Shown: positions 35,453 through 48,332, numbered from the stretch's first letter. The stretch is DNA of 64,000 bases from Entomortierella parvispora E1425 (GCA_020891255.1 BQFW01000001.1:186001-250000); one strand, 5' to 3'. Numbers and translations: made by a program. Notes: generated by a model from the letters alone, not told the origin.

Positions 35453-36126
35453 AAAAGCATCCCAGTCCAGGGACGAGCAGGCATCGAAAAATCGACATTG
35501 TGCAAGAGAATCGTTCATGCACACCAGAATGGACTGTGGAGGGATCGGTTCGAAATCGTGCTCTGGATTCCACTGCGCCATCTCAATGGACTCAAGAGTC
35601 GCACCTTGGATGGATTGTTTATCGAGAAGGTTTTCGTCTCTCAGTACTTGAGCCAAGAACAGGCGGCGTTAGCCAGCGCTCTTGTCACCTATGCTCAGCA
35701 GGGCAAGGTTCTTTTCATCTTTGACGGCCTGGATGAGATTGTCGCAGAGGCTGGAGACGAAGGTAACACCTTCAGAACATTCTTGAAGGTGTTGCTTAGA
35801 CAACAAAATGTCATCATCACCTCAAGACCTTCTGGACTGGACGTCGGGCTATTACCGAAAATTGATCTCGAGCTGGAAACTATTGGATTCATTCAGCAGA
35901 ATGTCGAAGACTTTGTGATTAAGGTACTCGATCCTGATTTAGCGAGGATAGTCCGAGAGTTCATTCAACGAACACCATTGATTCAAGGACTGGCCAATAT
36001 CCCTGTGCAACTCGACGTGATCTGCTTCAGCTGGACTTCGCTCCCAACAGAAGGCGTGACAGTCACGATGACCGGACTGTATCAATTGATGGTGCGGAAA
36101 CTTTGGTGCAAGGGTGCATTTCGGCT
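35453..36126 (+). pseudogene. NACHT-domain fragment of a third NLR paralog, truncated at both ends
   Basis: KSIPVQGRAGIEKSTLCK (Walker A G->E), VLFIFDGLDEI; in-frame stop just upstream and no usable start; ends at ...cttcggct where block R begins. Confidence 0.88.
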
Positions 36127-39100
36127 GGCGCGTTTAACAGCACTGGTGCAGACCACTGAGGTCCAAAAGGGCTAATCTTCTTCACAATTGCTGCCTTGGC
36201 TGGCTTATTCCCTTTCAAATAAGATCATTCACACACGAGGCCAAATTTAGTAGCGTGACAAATGGTCTATTAATGTTTATTCATCACCAACTTTGTACAG
36301 CAGTTTTTTTTTGAAGTTCTTTTTTTTTTTGGTCAGAATTAAAGAGAGAAAACAAGAATTTTAATAATAGAGTGCCTTGAAAGGGAGTGGAAGTGGAAGA
36401 GAGTACTTTGGGAAGGGAAGAGAGCGCTATGGAAGTGGGAAAGAAGAGGAGAAAAAGGTAAGTTTCGAAGAAAAAAAACGGCTTGTGGAAGGGATAAAGT
36501 GAGTTGGCGTACCAAGTCCCCCGATGTTTGTTATAGATGCTGACGACTGCGTGCCATCACCACATCCCATCGGGATCATGGATTTGTGGAAGAAACAAAG
36601 AGCAGTACCAAGTCCCCGATGTTCGCTGACGACTCTGGGCCATCACCTCATCACATCGGCATCATGGATTACGGCCCACTATCCTAACTACACTAGGGCT
36701 AAACTAACTAGTCTAGAAGCGAAGGAAGGGGGACGGAAGAAAAGGAAGTTTTCTCTCTTAATCTTGATTTCTTATTTCTTGTTTCTTGTTTCTTGGATGG
36801 GCGGGGGCCTAGACCAAAGAGGGCAGGGAGGCAACTGCATTTGAGAGGCAGGCCATGCGGTCTTGAGGGCCAAGGTCAAGTCTGAAAGTGCTAGACGACT
36901 TTGAGGCCGAGGGAGGCCGAGGCTTGGGCCAGGGCAGGCCAGCGGGCAGGCGGTTTTGTGGCCGAGACAGGTCTTGAGGGCCAATGTCAAGCCATGAGAA
37001 GGCAGACAACTTTGAGGCCGAGGCTTGAGCTTGAAAGAGCAGGCAAGCTTGCGGCCAAAGACTTGGAAGGGCAGGCAGGCTTGCGGCCAAAGTCTTGAAA
37101 GGGCAGGCAGGTTTGCGGCCAAAGACTTGGAAGGGCAGGCAGGCTTGCGGCCAAAGACTTGGAAGGGCAGGCAGGTTTTGCGGCCAGAGCCTTGGAAGGG
37201 TAGGAAAGGTGGGCCAGGAGATCAAGACCATTGGGACCGGGGCCAAGGAGGGCAGGACCGAAGCTGAAGAGCCGATGTCGTTGGACCGGAGACACTTATT
37301 GCTGGCCGAGGGGAGGATGGCAGCATGGTGGTGTGTGCTTTGTGTGCTTTGTGTGCTTTGTGTGAGTGTGGAAAGGGAGTGAAGAAGAAATGAAGGATGA
37401 GGAGCAAAAAAAAGAGGGGAATTAGGGGGGGTATTTGTATGAAAAGTGGATTGTTCGGGTGGATTCTATCTGCTTTCGCTTGTCGACTGCGGTCTCAGAT
37501 GCGATAGCAAAGTCGGCCGGTCCGCCATGGACTTTGGTCCAAGAAAGATGTGATAGCGAGACAGCGACATGGCGACATGAGGAAGGGAGGAAATCGATTG
37601 GTCCGCCATGGAGAAGAGAGTCCTTTCTATCTGCTGCGGCTCCGAGAAAGATGTGATAGCGAGATAGCGACATGGCGACATGGGGGAGGGAGGAAATCGA
37701 TTGGTCCGCCGTGAGGGAAGGACGGAAGACGGATAAGAGAACAACAGTCATGAGGGACGGAAGGAAGGCGATTGGTCCGCCATCGCCAAAGGGAGGAAAG
37801 ATAAGTAAACAGACGCGTTGATTTTGGATGAAAGGAGGAAATAAGGGCAATGGATGAAAGCCACACAGGCGACGACGCGTTTGTTTTCTTTTTTTTTTTG
37901 TCAAATTTGAAAAAACCAAAAAAAAAAAGGCTGAAATTCATCTTTCATGGCAAAATGTCGCGTCTGTTTTCACTTAACTTCTCTCATCGCGTCCCATGGG
38001 GACCAATCGACCTCAGTTCCCTTGTCCCTGTGGGAGAGACTGCTGCTTTTTCATACAAATACCCACCTTGACCCTCCACTTTTGCTCCTCATCCTTCTTC
38101 CTCCCCACTCAAATCCGCTTCCACACACACAAAGCACACAAAGCACACACCACCATGCTGCCATCCTCCCCTCGGCCAGCAACAACTGTCTCCGGTCCAA
38201 CGACATCGGCTCTTCAGCTTCGGTCCTGCCCTCCTTAGCCCCGGCCCCAATGGTCTTGATCTCCTGGCCCACCTCTCCTGCCCTTCCAAGACTCTGGCCG
38301 CAAACCTGCCTGCCCTTCCAAGTCTTTGGCCGCAAACCTGCCTGCCCTTCCAAGTCTTTGGCCGCAAGCTTGCCTGCCCTTTCAAGTTCAAGCCTCGGCC
38401 TCAAAGTTGTCTGCCTTCTCATGGCTTGACATTGGCCCTCAAGACCTGCCTCGGCCACAAAACCGCCTGCCCGCTGGCCTGCCCTGGCCCAAGCCTCGGC
38501 CTCCCTCGGCCTCAACGTCGTCTAGCGCTTTCAGACTTGACCTTGGCCCTCAAGACCGCATGGCCTGCCTCTCAAATGCAGTTGCCTCCCTGCCCTCTTT
38601 GGTCTAGGCCCCCGCCCATCCAAGAAACAAGAAACAAGAAATAAGAAATCAAGATTAAGAGAGAAAACTTCCTTTTCTTCCGTCCCCCTTCCTTCGCTTC
38701 TAGACTAGTTAGTTTAGCCCTAGTGTAGTTAGGATAGTGGGCCGTAATCCATGATGCCGATGTGATGAGGTGATGGCCCAGAGTCGTCAGCGAACATCGG
38801 GGACTTGGTACTGCTCTTTGTTTCTTCCACAAATCCATGATCCCCGATGGGATGTGGTGATGGCACGCAGTCGTCAGCATCTATAACAAACATCGGGGGA
38901 CTTGGTACGCCAACTCACTTTATCCCTTCCACAAGCCATTTTTTTCTTCGAAACTTAACTTTTTTAATCTTCTTTTCCACTTCCAAAGCACTCTCTTCCC
39001 TTCCAAAGTACTCTCTTCCCTTCCATAGTCTCCCTTTCAAAGCAATCTATTAAAATTCTTGTTTTCTCTCTTTAATTCTGACCAAAAAAAAAAATGGACT

Positions 39101-39302
39101 TGCAAAAAAGAACTTCAAAAAAAAAACTACTACTTTACAAAGTTGGTGAATAAACATTAGACCATTTGTCCCGCTACTAAAGTTGACCTCATGTGAGAAT
39201 GATCTTGTTTGAAAGGGAGTAAGTCAGCCAAGGCAACCATTGTGAAGGAGATCAGGTCTTTTGGACCTCAACAGTCTGCACAAGTGCTGTTAAACCTCGC
39301 CA
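36126..39302. repeat. Large inverted repeat (foldback): arms ~36126-37446 and ~38047-39302, 600-bp spacer; the right arm continues to ~39520
   Basis: The right arm is the reverse complement of the left arm throughout (e.g. gtaccaagtcccccgatg / catcgggggacttggtac; gtatttgtatgaaaag / ttttcatacaaatac); 32-bp repeat copy number is 5 versus 3. Confidence 0.92.
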
Positions 39303-39629
39303 TGCCAAGAGAATAGAGAGATGCATCGTGTCAATGACTGAGAGATGGAGTGAATGGAGGCTAATGTGCATGAATGAAAGAGCGGTGATGGAGAAAGGAT
39401 GGTGGAATGGGGCGATGCAGGCAGGGCATGGAGAGATGGAGACATGAGAAGTCGATGAGAGGAGAGCAGACGGGAGAGACGCCAAGGGGGAAAAGCGCGC
39501 TTCGCCCAATTGGAGCCCGCTGTTTTGATCTGTCCTCTTGTGCACGGTCCAAGTCTGATCTCATTTCTGTTTTCGTTTTTTTTTTTTTTTTTTTCATTAT
39601 CCAACAAAGGACGGACGACGATATACTAC

Positions 39630-40095
39630 ATTGCGTGCGCCCTGCTGGCAGGGCTCCTAGATAATGGGCATCTTCAATTTGTGTAGGACAGGCACACTGG
39701 CCAGATTCAAGGATTGCACCGTAACTTACAGGTGTGGACCCAGCATGAGCTGCAGTGAAGATGGCTCTGGGGGAGAGGCAGTGGGGCTTGGAAACACCAG
39801 CGCTTTTGTCCTTGCCGTTGTCCTCGCCCCAAACAGCCGTCAACAGAGGTTGTTGCTTGATGCATCGGCCGCTGTCCCAGGGGGGTTTATTTGGCAAGAG
39901 CTGACGATTAGTCTGTGCTGACCTCAACCTGGCAACGTTTGGATCTGGCACGAATCGGCGGTCCGGAGACTACCAATGGATCCTTCAGCCGCCGTTCAAC
40001 AATTGGCTTGGCCAGAACCCGCGCTTTGTCTTTACTGACCTTAACTTGGTAAGCTCTGGATCTGGTTCGGGTCGGTGGTTCTTCCTCCTCCTCCT
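39630..40095 (-). pseudogene. Decayed gene fragments: an exon-like acidic/basic segment and a degenerate RING-like Cys motif (copy at ~49335-49805)
   Basis: After acceptor attaac...cttag: EEEEEPPTRTRSRAYQVKV...; the second copy has a 9-nt in-frame indel. Further 3': CSSC...CNP*IWPVC...RCPLSR, which resembles C3HC4 spacing with substitutions. Confidence 0.35.
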
Positions 40096-40377
40096 AAGCG
40101 ATCAGAACATCAATGTTAATTTCCACGTGCTCTTTTGCAAAGGGCGTAACTGAAGCCGACGATTGTTGTTGGGTCATATAATCCAACGATTGGAGTACAA
40201 TGGAGATGACGTGACACCTTCAACAGAAAAGTTTGGTCCAAGGTCCCTCAATGAGGTTCTTGGAGGTGAGAAAACAGAGGACCAGAACAAAACTAAATGT
40301 ACAAAGCGAGTTTTTGATTTTGATTTTTTTTTATTTTTCTTCTCATGTGGAACTTGCCGTTCTCCTTCTTTCCCCAC

Positions 40378-41450
40378 TTATCCCTCCTGCTTGATCACCA
40401 GCTCGGACAAGCTGTCTGTTCCTTCATTCATCCTTCAATCATCACAGGTTCTTCTCGTTGGCCAGATGCAGCAGATAAATGAAGCAGAGCGGCACAGAGA
40501 TATCCCTCAGCTTCTGCTCCAGATACATCTTGCTCAGTCCCCCAAAGATCTCTATAAACCCTTACTCCTTCTTGACGTAGTCCCCGCTTGGATCCTCCAC
40601 ATCATCATTGTTGTCATCCTTGTTTTCGTCTTTACCGTCCCCTGCCTCTGTGCCATCCTCCTCTTCCCTTTCCTTGCGACTCTTCTTGCGCTCGCCATCG
40701 TCCCGACTGCCAGGTTGGCCATCTCCTTCCAGGTGTTGTCCTTCAGTTTCTTCACGCCCACCTTCTTGGCTGTCTTGGAGAAACTGATATACGCCGCCTT
40801 GACCCTCTTGGGCTCAGAGACCAACTGACTGGCATAGTCGTTTCCATCGCCCTGACTCTCCAGTCCAAATCCAAGTCCGAGCAGCGTCTTGCTGGCAGCA
40901 GCCTCCGCTCCTCCTGGTCCAAAGAATCCTTGCTGCTGGAATCCATACTCGACATCGTCGTCCTTACAATGAACGACGGTCTCACAAACATCTACATCTT
41001 ATAGTTGCTTGGACGAAAAGTAAACATCATCGGAGAAGGACGTATTTCCTGTTGCTCATGTCGGATTCCCGAGCTGGTGTCGTTGATGGCGTCGATTACC
41101 TTCTGCTGGTGCAAACAAGTCGTCCTCGTCTCCCCGTCTGCTTCACCCGCGCTCAAGAAATCAATGACGATCGCAGGCTTTTCTCTGCATTTCGTTGATC
41201 CTAGTGCCTCGCCTTCTTCTGTAGGTACCTCCTCATCCGTACAGGTGTAGGTTTTCTCTAGAGTGAAAAAAAAAAAAAAAAAAAAAAAAAAGGGAATCAA
41301 TAGTCAGTCCTCTGCACCCCTCGGAAATGACAAGTAGATTCTAACTGAGAAGTACACCAAATATCCTCCCTCACCTTTGGGGACACGCCTTAATTCCATA
41401 TGTTCTATGTTCTGGTCCAGCATGGTTGCATATCGGAGCTCCATAAAATC
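40378..41450 (-). pseudogene. BRN1: Frameshifted 3' half of condensin kleisin subunit (Barren/CAP-H/Cnd2), intron retained
   Basis: Motifs across frames: N(H)AGPEH..LRRVPK, then intron 41374-41258, KPAIVIDF, DDLFAP, DDVYFSSKQL..MFVRP, SQLVSEPKRVKAAYISFSKTAKKVGVKKLKDNTWKEM, LRDISVPLCFIYLLHLANEKNL, SLSELVIKQEG*. Confidence 0.82.
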
Positions 41451-42563
41451 TTGGCCTGATCCCATCTGTCCACATCAAGAGATCCAGGTCTTAGGCCTCT
41501 AAATCCAAATCCTTGAATGAATCCACTTTTCCACCCATACAGGATGGTATCCGGACTGATGCTGTTGTTGCTGTTCAGATTCCTTGGATGATTGTTGTTT
41601 TCGGGCATGGACAGAGGCGAATGACCTCCTTGCATCGCGTACATGCAAAGGGGAAGGATGCCGCTCTGCTCATCGTACTTCCTGTAGTAACACCCAGGGA
41701 GAGTGTCCATGAGCATGATTTGCAAGAGGGGAAGAAGCATTCATGAGCCATCTAGTCCTGCCTTGGTCTTCGGATTCATGTCTTATCTTCTTGGTCATCC
41801 ATCAGTAGGGTAGGGGCCATGTTGGAGTACAGTTGGAGAGAAAAAAGGTGCGCGCACGTGATCTGTCTGATCGATGGACCCATGTTTCGCACCTCTGCCT
41901 TTCTCTCCCTCGGCCCCCACCTCGTCCTCTCTCTCCCTCAGTTCTTCACATCGATACCTTCGTTAGCATCCACCTTGAAGGAGACGGAGAGACCATGTGC
42001 ACCACAGGAACAGAACCAATCCATCCCATGTGTTCGGGAGAGGGAGAGAGTCCGCTCCACGGGAGAGAGAGAGAGAGACTCGTACCTCGTTCTCGACGCC
42101 ACCAAACACAACTTGGCGCTCTGCATCCTCAATGCATCCTCAACGCATCCTCAATGCACATTCATTCATTCATTTATTCATTCAGGCTCCATTCTTGACT
42201 GCAAAGGGAGAACAAACTCCCCATGGGCGCGCAATGCTGCTGCAAAACAAAGAGGAGGGCGCACAGTCTGTTTGCCTTCGCTTGTGCTTCGCCAACATGC
42301 GTCAATGCTCACAACAACCACAAGGGGAAAGCAACTCTGTTCTTGCTTCTTTTCATTCGTTCCCACCCTCACTCTTATTCACCCCGCCGCCCTTTTCAAG
42401 ATCGACCTTTTCTTTTCGTCCCAGCTTCAAAGACCTGTGCTTGTCCACAACAAGGGTACCAAACGGTTCTCCCAAGGTACAAGCACCGCATCTACAACAG
42501 TCGAGACCTCCATCCTTTGGTCGGCCTCTAATTCTTGTCGCGTATAGCTTGCAGGAACCCAAC

Positions 42564-45500
42564 ATGCCGCATCTTTCCACACAAGAGGTTCTACTGCAAG
42601 CAAAGGCCAGTACGGAGGAGGCTCGAAAAGCCATAGGTTCCGAACGCAAGGTCATAAAGCATTATCAGAACGCAAAGAACACCCTTGCCAAAGTGGATGT
42701 CACGAGGACCAATTCTAAGGATCTGGGAGAGGTCATTGCTGCGTTCGAAAACCTTGCCACGGTGCTGGACCTCTCTGGAGAACTGCCGAAGGAAAAAGCA
42801 GCCAAGTGCAGAAAGAGAGCATGTGCTCTGAGGTAGCCAACCCTTGTTCCCCATTGAGGAAACGGCATCTTGGAAGCACTCTACTTACACTGAACACATG
42901 ATATTGCACATCTACTAGGCAAGAACTCAACGAGAGAATGAGGATCCATGCTGCTGTTATCGCCCCATCTTTGATGGGACCAGGTTTCTCGCCGACAATC
43001 GCCCAAGGAGTCACTCATTGGAGCTTTTCAGCATCGACAGGCAGCACTTCTCCCTCTACGACATTTTTCGCCTCTTCTACTGTCGTAGCAACTAATCCTG
43101 CTTTCACCCATCGGCAGTTGCCTCCCCCCTTTTCCCCTTCAACAATCTCAATTTCGGCGTCTGCTACTATCTCGGGGTGTCCGTCCTTATTTACCAAGAA
43201 TGTCAATCCCAAACCCAATATCTACCCGTTACCTGATCCAGGAGAACTATTGAGATCCACTCAGCAGCTGTCCTACTGCCTTGCACTGTTGCATCCTTCA
43301 GTTCAAGAAGACCAACTCTCCTCTGAAGCCCTCAAGTGGCGATGCGAGACCCTGAAAGATATGGACGAGAAGGATCGCCTGGAAACCTTGGCTGCTCATG
43401 TCTTGGAGGTGTTTACCGCAGATATCAGGAAGGATGCGGCTGCAGTTGCAGAGGTAGTACAGATATCCCCTGTACTCAATAGCGACGATTCTCGGTTTCT
43501 CATCAAAACATTCATCGACACTGTCAACAAGTCGGAGATTCTGGATCTGCATTCACTGGATGGGATGGCCAAGGTGATTCAAGGAGCTGCTCCTGGGTCC
43601 ATCGACTCGGACGACCTTGTGACCATTCTTCGGTGTCTGCACGTACGGCTTCGCCCAACTCACTCAACCGGCCACCAATACCACCTGCTGCTTGCAGCGT
43701 CCCGGGTTTTGGATGCAATGGTGATCTCCCATATCGGAGATGTAGACCGCATCAACCTCCATGAGCCGCTGACGGATTTCCTTCGAGAGTCTGAGTCAAG
43801 CAAGGATCCTTATTTGGCGTTCCAAGCCAAGTACGCCACACAGGCGCTACTCTATGTCTCCGATGATGATAATATCTGGCATGCAGGATTCAGACGAGTT
43901 TGGCTTGTACTGAAAATCGGCGCAGGATTGGCCAAAGTGCTTGACCCCACGGAACTAAAGGACACGCTCGAGAGTATTGAGCAACTATATGACATTGGCA
44001 AGGGAGCGACCAGGATGCTCAAAATCGCTTTGAAGGCCCACAGAGTTGGTGAAGGATATACATTTACGAAGAGGGAGGGCCTCAAGTTCAAGAGAGCCTG
44101 GTACCGTTCCGTTCGCATGGCAGAGTGGCTTATTTCGACTGGCAGGCTGGTGCAGTTCAAGGCTGTGGTTGTTTCCTCGAAATGCCGGCACCAGCTCATG
44201 TTTCAATGGGGAATCTGCCAATTACTTGGACAGTTTATAGCGGATACCCAATGGAGTCTGGAGGCACACCAGGAAGCAGTTGAATTGCTTGGGGCACTAT
44301 ACAAGGACACTACAATTTGGGATCGGCAGAACGCAGTTGATCAAGTCATTTTTGACGTGCTCACCAACATCGCATCCAGTAATGATGCACATTCTGAAGG
44401 TATGCCAATCCCGTATTTCCATTTCCAGATTCATATTCACCAATCAATACAAACCAAGGATACTCGACCGACTCTGACACTTTTATTTTCGCTCTCCATA
44501 TCAATAACATCACACTGTAGCTGCAAAGTTGCTGGAAGAGATACGAAAGGTGAATCCTACTATAAAGCCGATAGCCGACCCACTGTCACCCCTTTGGAAC
44601 ACCATTAAATATGCAGATCCAGCTGGACACTCCATTCCAAGCATTAGATTGCTTAAGGTTGTTCAGGATCGGAGACGTCGGCATGCAAAGTTGGAGAACC
44701 TACCAGACGTCCGTCGAGTCGCAACTTTGAGTGACATCCAGTCGGGTCTTAAGACTTATCACGAACCCACCCTGTATATCCTCAGAGTTTCAGGGGAAAA
44801 GTTGGATCTGGGATCATGCTTTGTCAATCTCGCGATTGTGGAGGCACCAGAACATCGGCAAAAGGAAAAGGAGAACCTTAAAACACAGGCGACTACATTT
44901 CTTCGGATGCCCAGTGGCGAGGGGGTTAGAAATACAAACACCGACTCGTTAATTCCTCTGGATCAGCTCTTCAACAAGCGCAAGCTGCGGGATGGTAAGG
45001 AGGGCATGCCTAAAAGCATCCTAGTCCAAGGGCGGGCAGGCATTGGCAAATCGACATTGTGCAAGAAACTCGTTCATGCACATCAGAATGGACTGTGGAG
45101 GGATCGGTTCGAAATCGTGCTCTGGATTCCACTGCGACATCTCAGGGGACTCAAGAGTCGCACCCTGGACGGATTGTTTATCGAGAGAGTTTTCGTCTCC
45201 CAGGGCTTGAGCCAAGAACAGTCGGCGTTAGCCAGCGCTCTTGTCACCTACGCTCAACAGGGCAAGGTTCTTTTCATCTTTGACGGCCTGGATGAGATTG
45301 TGGCAGAGGCTGGAGGAGACGAAAGCAACACCTTCAGAACATTCTTGAAGATGTTGCTTAGGCAGCAGCATGTCATCATCACCTCAAGACCTTCTGGAGT
45401 TGACATCGGGCTATTACCGAAAATTGATCTCGAGCTGGAAACTATTGGATTCAGTCCGCAGAATGTCAAAGATTTTGTGGTCAAGGTACTCGATCCTGAT

Positions 45501-48332
45501 CCAGCGAGGACAGTCCAAGAGTTCATCCAACGAACACCATTGATTCAAGGACTCGCCAATACCCCTGTGCAACTCGACGTGATCTGCTTCAGCTGGAATT
45601 CGCTCCCAACAGAAGACTTGGCAGTCACGATGACCGGACTGTATCGATTGATGGTGCGGAAACTCTGGTGCAAGGATGCACTTCGGCTCAACAAGACTGA
45701 TGGTGGAATACCGCTGACTGAGCGACAAATTCACGATTATGAACCAGAAGAAATCGACGACTTGATGGCGACTGAGCTGCAGTATCTTGGATATCTTGCC
45801 TTTAAAGGGATGATCAACCATCACCAAATTGAATTTGAGGAAAAAGACCTACGATCTACATTTCGAGATCTCAAGAGCTTTGCAGCAAATAACCAACAGC
45901 TTTCACCTGCCCATCTCGTCGAAGTCATAAAAATGACGTCATTTTTGCATTCAGCTGACTCAGACATGGATCCCAAGAAGGGCAGTGTTCGGCAAGCCTG
46001 GCATTTTTTGCATCTGACGTTCCAAGAATACTTCGCGGCAACATGGATAGTGCGCCATTTTCGACCTCGGAAACCATGCTCCTCGTCTGGAATGATGACT
46101 ACAGAGGAGATGACAGCCTTTGTTCACCAACACAAATACAACCCTCAGTATGAAATTGTATGGTCGATGGTGGCAGGGTTGTTAGATGGAAACCCATTGG
46201 ACAAGTTTTTTGAACTTTTGCAAGGAGAGCCACGGGATTTGATTGGAGGACGCCACCAGCAGATCCTGGTCTCTTGCCTTCATGAGGCGCGAGCCCGATT
46301 GGACCCGTTAGTCGTGGCTTCGTACGATTCAGAGCTTGCAAGGTGGCTGCAATTGGAGATATGTACGCGTGATGATAACTTCTCTGGAAGCATTCTAGGG
46401 AGTCATCTGTCGTTCCCTGAGAACCTTCTAGTTGAAGCTATAAGTGTCGGGCATTCCAACAAAGCCTCCTTCATACGCACTTTAGGATCACGATCTGTAT
46501 TGTCGCAATCTGCCCTCCAGTCACTCGTCATCGCACTTAAGGATGACGATAGAGATGTCAGGATGTCAGCAGCATCAGCATTACGCAACCAGTCATCGCT
46601 GACGGAATCAGCCGTCCAGTCCCTCATCGCCACACTCAAGGATAACGATAACAATGTCAGGTCTTCAGCAGCATCGACATTAGGCAACCAGCCTTCGTTG
46701 CCGGAATCAGCTGTCCAGTCTCTCATCGCCACACTCAAGAATGACAATAAAAATGTCAGATCCTCAGCAGCATCAGCATTGGGCATGCAGTGTTCGTTGC
46801 CGGAATCGGCCATCCAGCCTCTCATCGCCACACTCAAGGATGACAATAAAAATGTCAGGTCTTCAACAGCATCAGCATTAGGCAACCAGCCTTCGTTGCC
46901 GGAATCTGCTATCCAGTCTCTCATCGCCACACTCAAGGATGACAATTGGAGTGTCAGGTCTTCAGCAGCATTTGCATTAGGCAAGCAGTCTTCGTTGCCG
47001 GAATCAGCCATCCAATCTCTCTTCGCCACACTCAAGGATGACGATATAAATGTCAGGTCTTCAGCAGCATTTGCATTAGGCAAGCAGTCATCATTGCCGG
47101 AATCGGTCGTCCAGTCTCTCATCTCCGCACTCAAGGATGACGATGAAAATTTCAGGTCTTCAGCAGCATCAGCATTAGGTATGCAGTCTTCATTGCCTGA
47201 ACCAGTTATTCTTTCCCTCACCGCCACACTCAAGGATGACGATGGCAATGCCAGGTCTTCAGCAGCATTTGCATTAGGCAACCAGCTTTCGTTGCCGGAA
47301 TCAGCTATCCAGTCTCTCATCGCCACACTCAAGGATGACGAATGGCTTGTCAGGTCTTCAGCAGCATCAGCGTTAGGCAGGCAATCTTTGTTGCCTGAAT
47401 CGGCCGTCCAGTCGCTCTTCGCCACACTCAAGGATGACGATATAAATGTCAGGTCTTCAGCAGTATCAGCATTAGGCTGGCGGGCTTCGTTGCCGGAATC
47501 AGCCATCCAATCTCTCTTCGCCACACTCAAGGATGACGATATAAATGTCAGGTCTTCAGCAGTATCAGCATTAGGCTGGCAGTCTTCGTTGCCGGAATCG
47601 GTCGTCCAGTCTCTCATCTCCGCACTCAAGGATGACGATGAAAATTTCAGGTATTCAGCGGCATCAGCATTAGGCAGTCAGTCTTTGTTGCCGGAATCAG
47701 CCATCCAGTCTCTCATTGCCGCACTCAAGGATGACAATTGGATTGTCAGGTTTTCAGCAGTATCAGCATTAGGCAACCAGTCTCCGTTGCCGGATTCAGC
47801 TATCCAATCTCTCATCACCGCACTCAAGGATGAAGATAGCTATGTCAGGATGTCAGCAGCGTCAGCATTAGGCAAGCAGTCCTCATTGCCTGAATTAGCC
47901 ATCCAGTCTCTCACTGCCACACTCAAGGATGAGGATAGTGATGTCAAGTCTTCAGCATCATCAGCATTAGGCAAGCAGCCTTCGTTGTCGGAATCGGCCA
48001 TCCGATCTCTTATCGCAGCACTTGAAGATGGCAGTGGGATGGTTACAAGTCCTATTTTAGGAGCTCTTGAAAGCCATAGTCCCTCGGTATTCAGTGCACT
48101 GCTGTTCCTATCAGAAGATGAGATAGATCGTCTTTTTAAGTATCACCTGCTTCTCTACAGCCTCGGTCATGTCATTTCCTTGCAGGTTTATGACAACGGA
48201 CTGCATTGCTGCACGGAGCAAGGCGCGCTGAAAGTACAGATCTCTCCCAGTGGTAGCTCCAGGCTGGATACTATATCAGCAGTCTTTAAGGTGGCTCAAC
48301 AGAAGGCGTTGGATTTTTCAAATTCCACTTGA
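42564..48332 (+). CDS. NLR-like STAND protein 1 (1853 aa): TPR-like N-terminal helices, Ser/Thr linker, ARM-like domain, NACHT, 15 x 33-aa HEAT repeats plus cap
   Basis: Exons 42564-42832, 42919-44399, 44521-48332 join in frame (5562 nt); Walker A GRAGIGKST; Walker B VLFIFDGLDEI; HFLHLTFQEYFAA; repeats SLPESAIQSLIATLKDDxxxVRxSAAxALGxQS at ~46490-48080. Confidence 0.92.

Noticed and set aside
39638-39661. GC hairpin gccctgctggcagggc followed by ctag as a Helitron 3' end
   Set aside because: The hairpin is only 2 nt from CTAG, the next base is A rather than T, and no matching 5' TC end was identified
46403-47629. Long antisense ORFs over the HEAT arrays (also 56130-57956)
   Set aside because: Shadow frames of the 99-bp coding repeat
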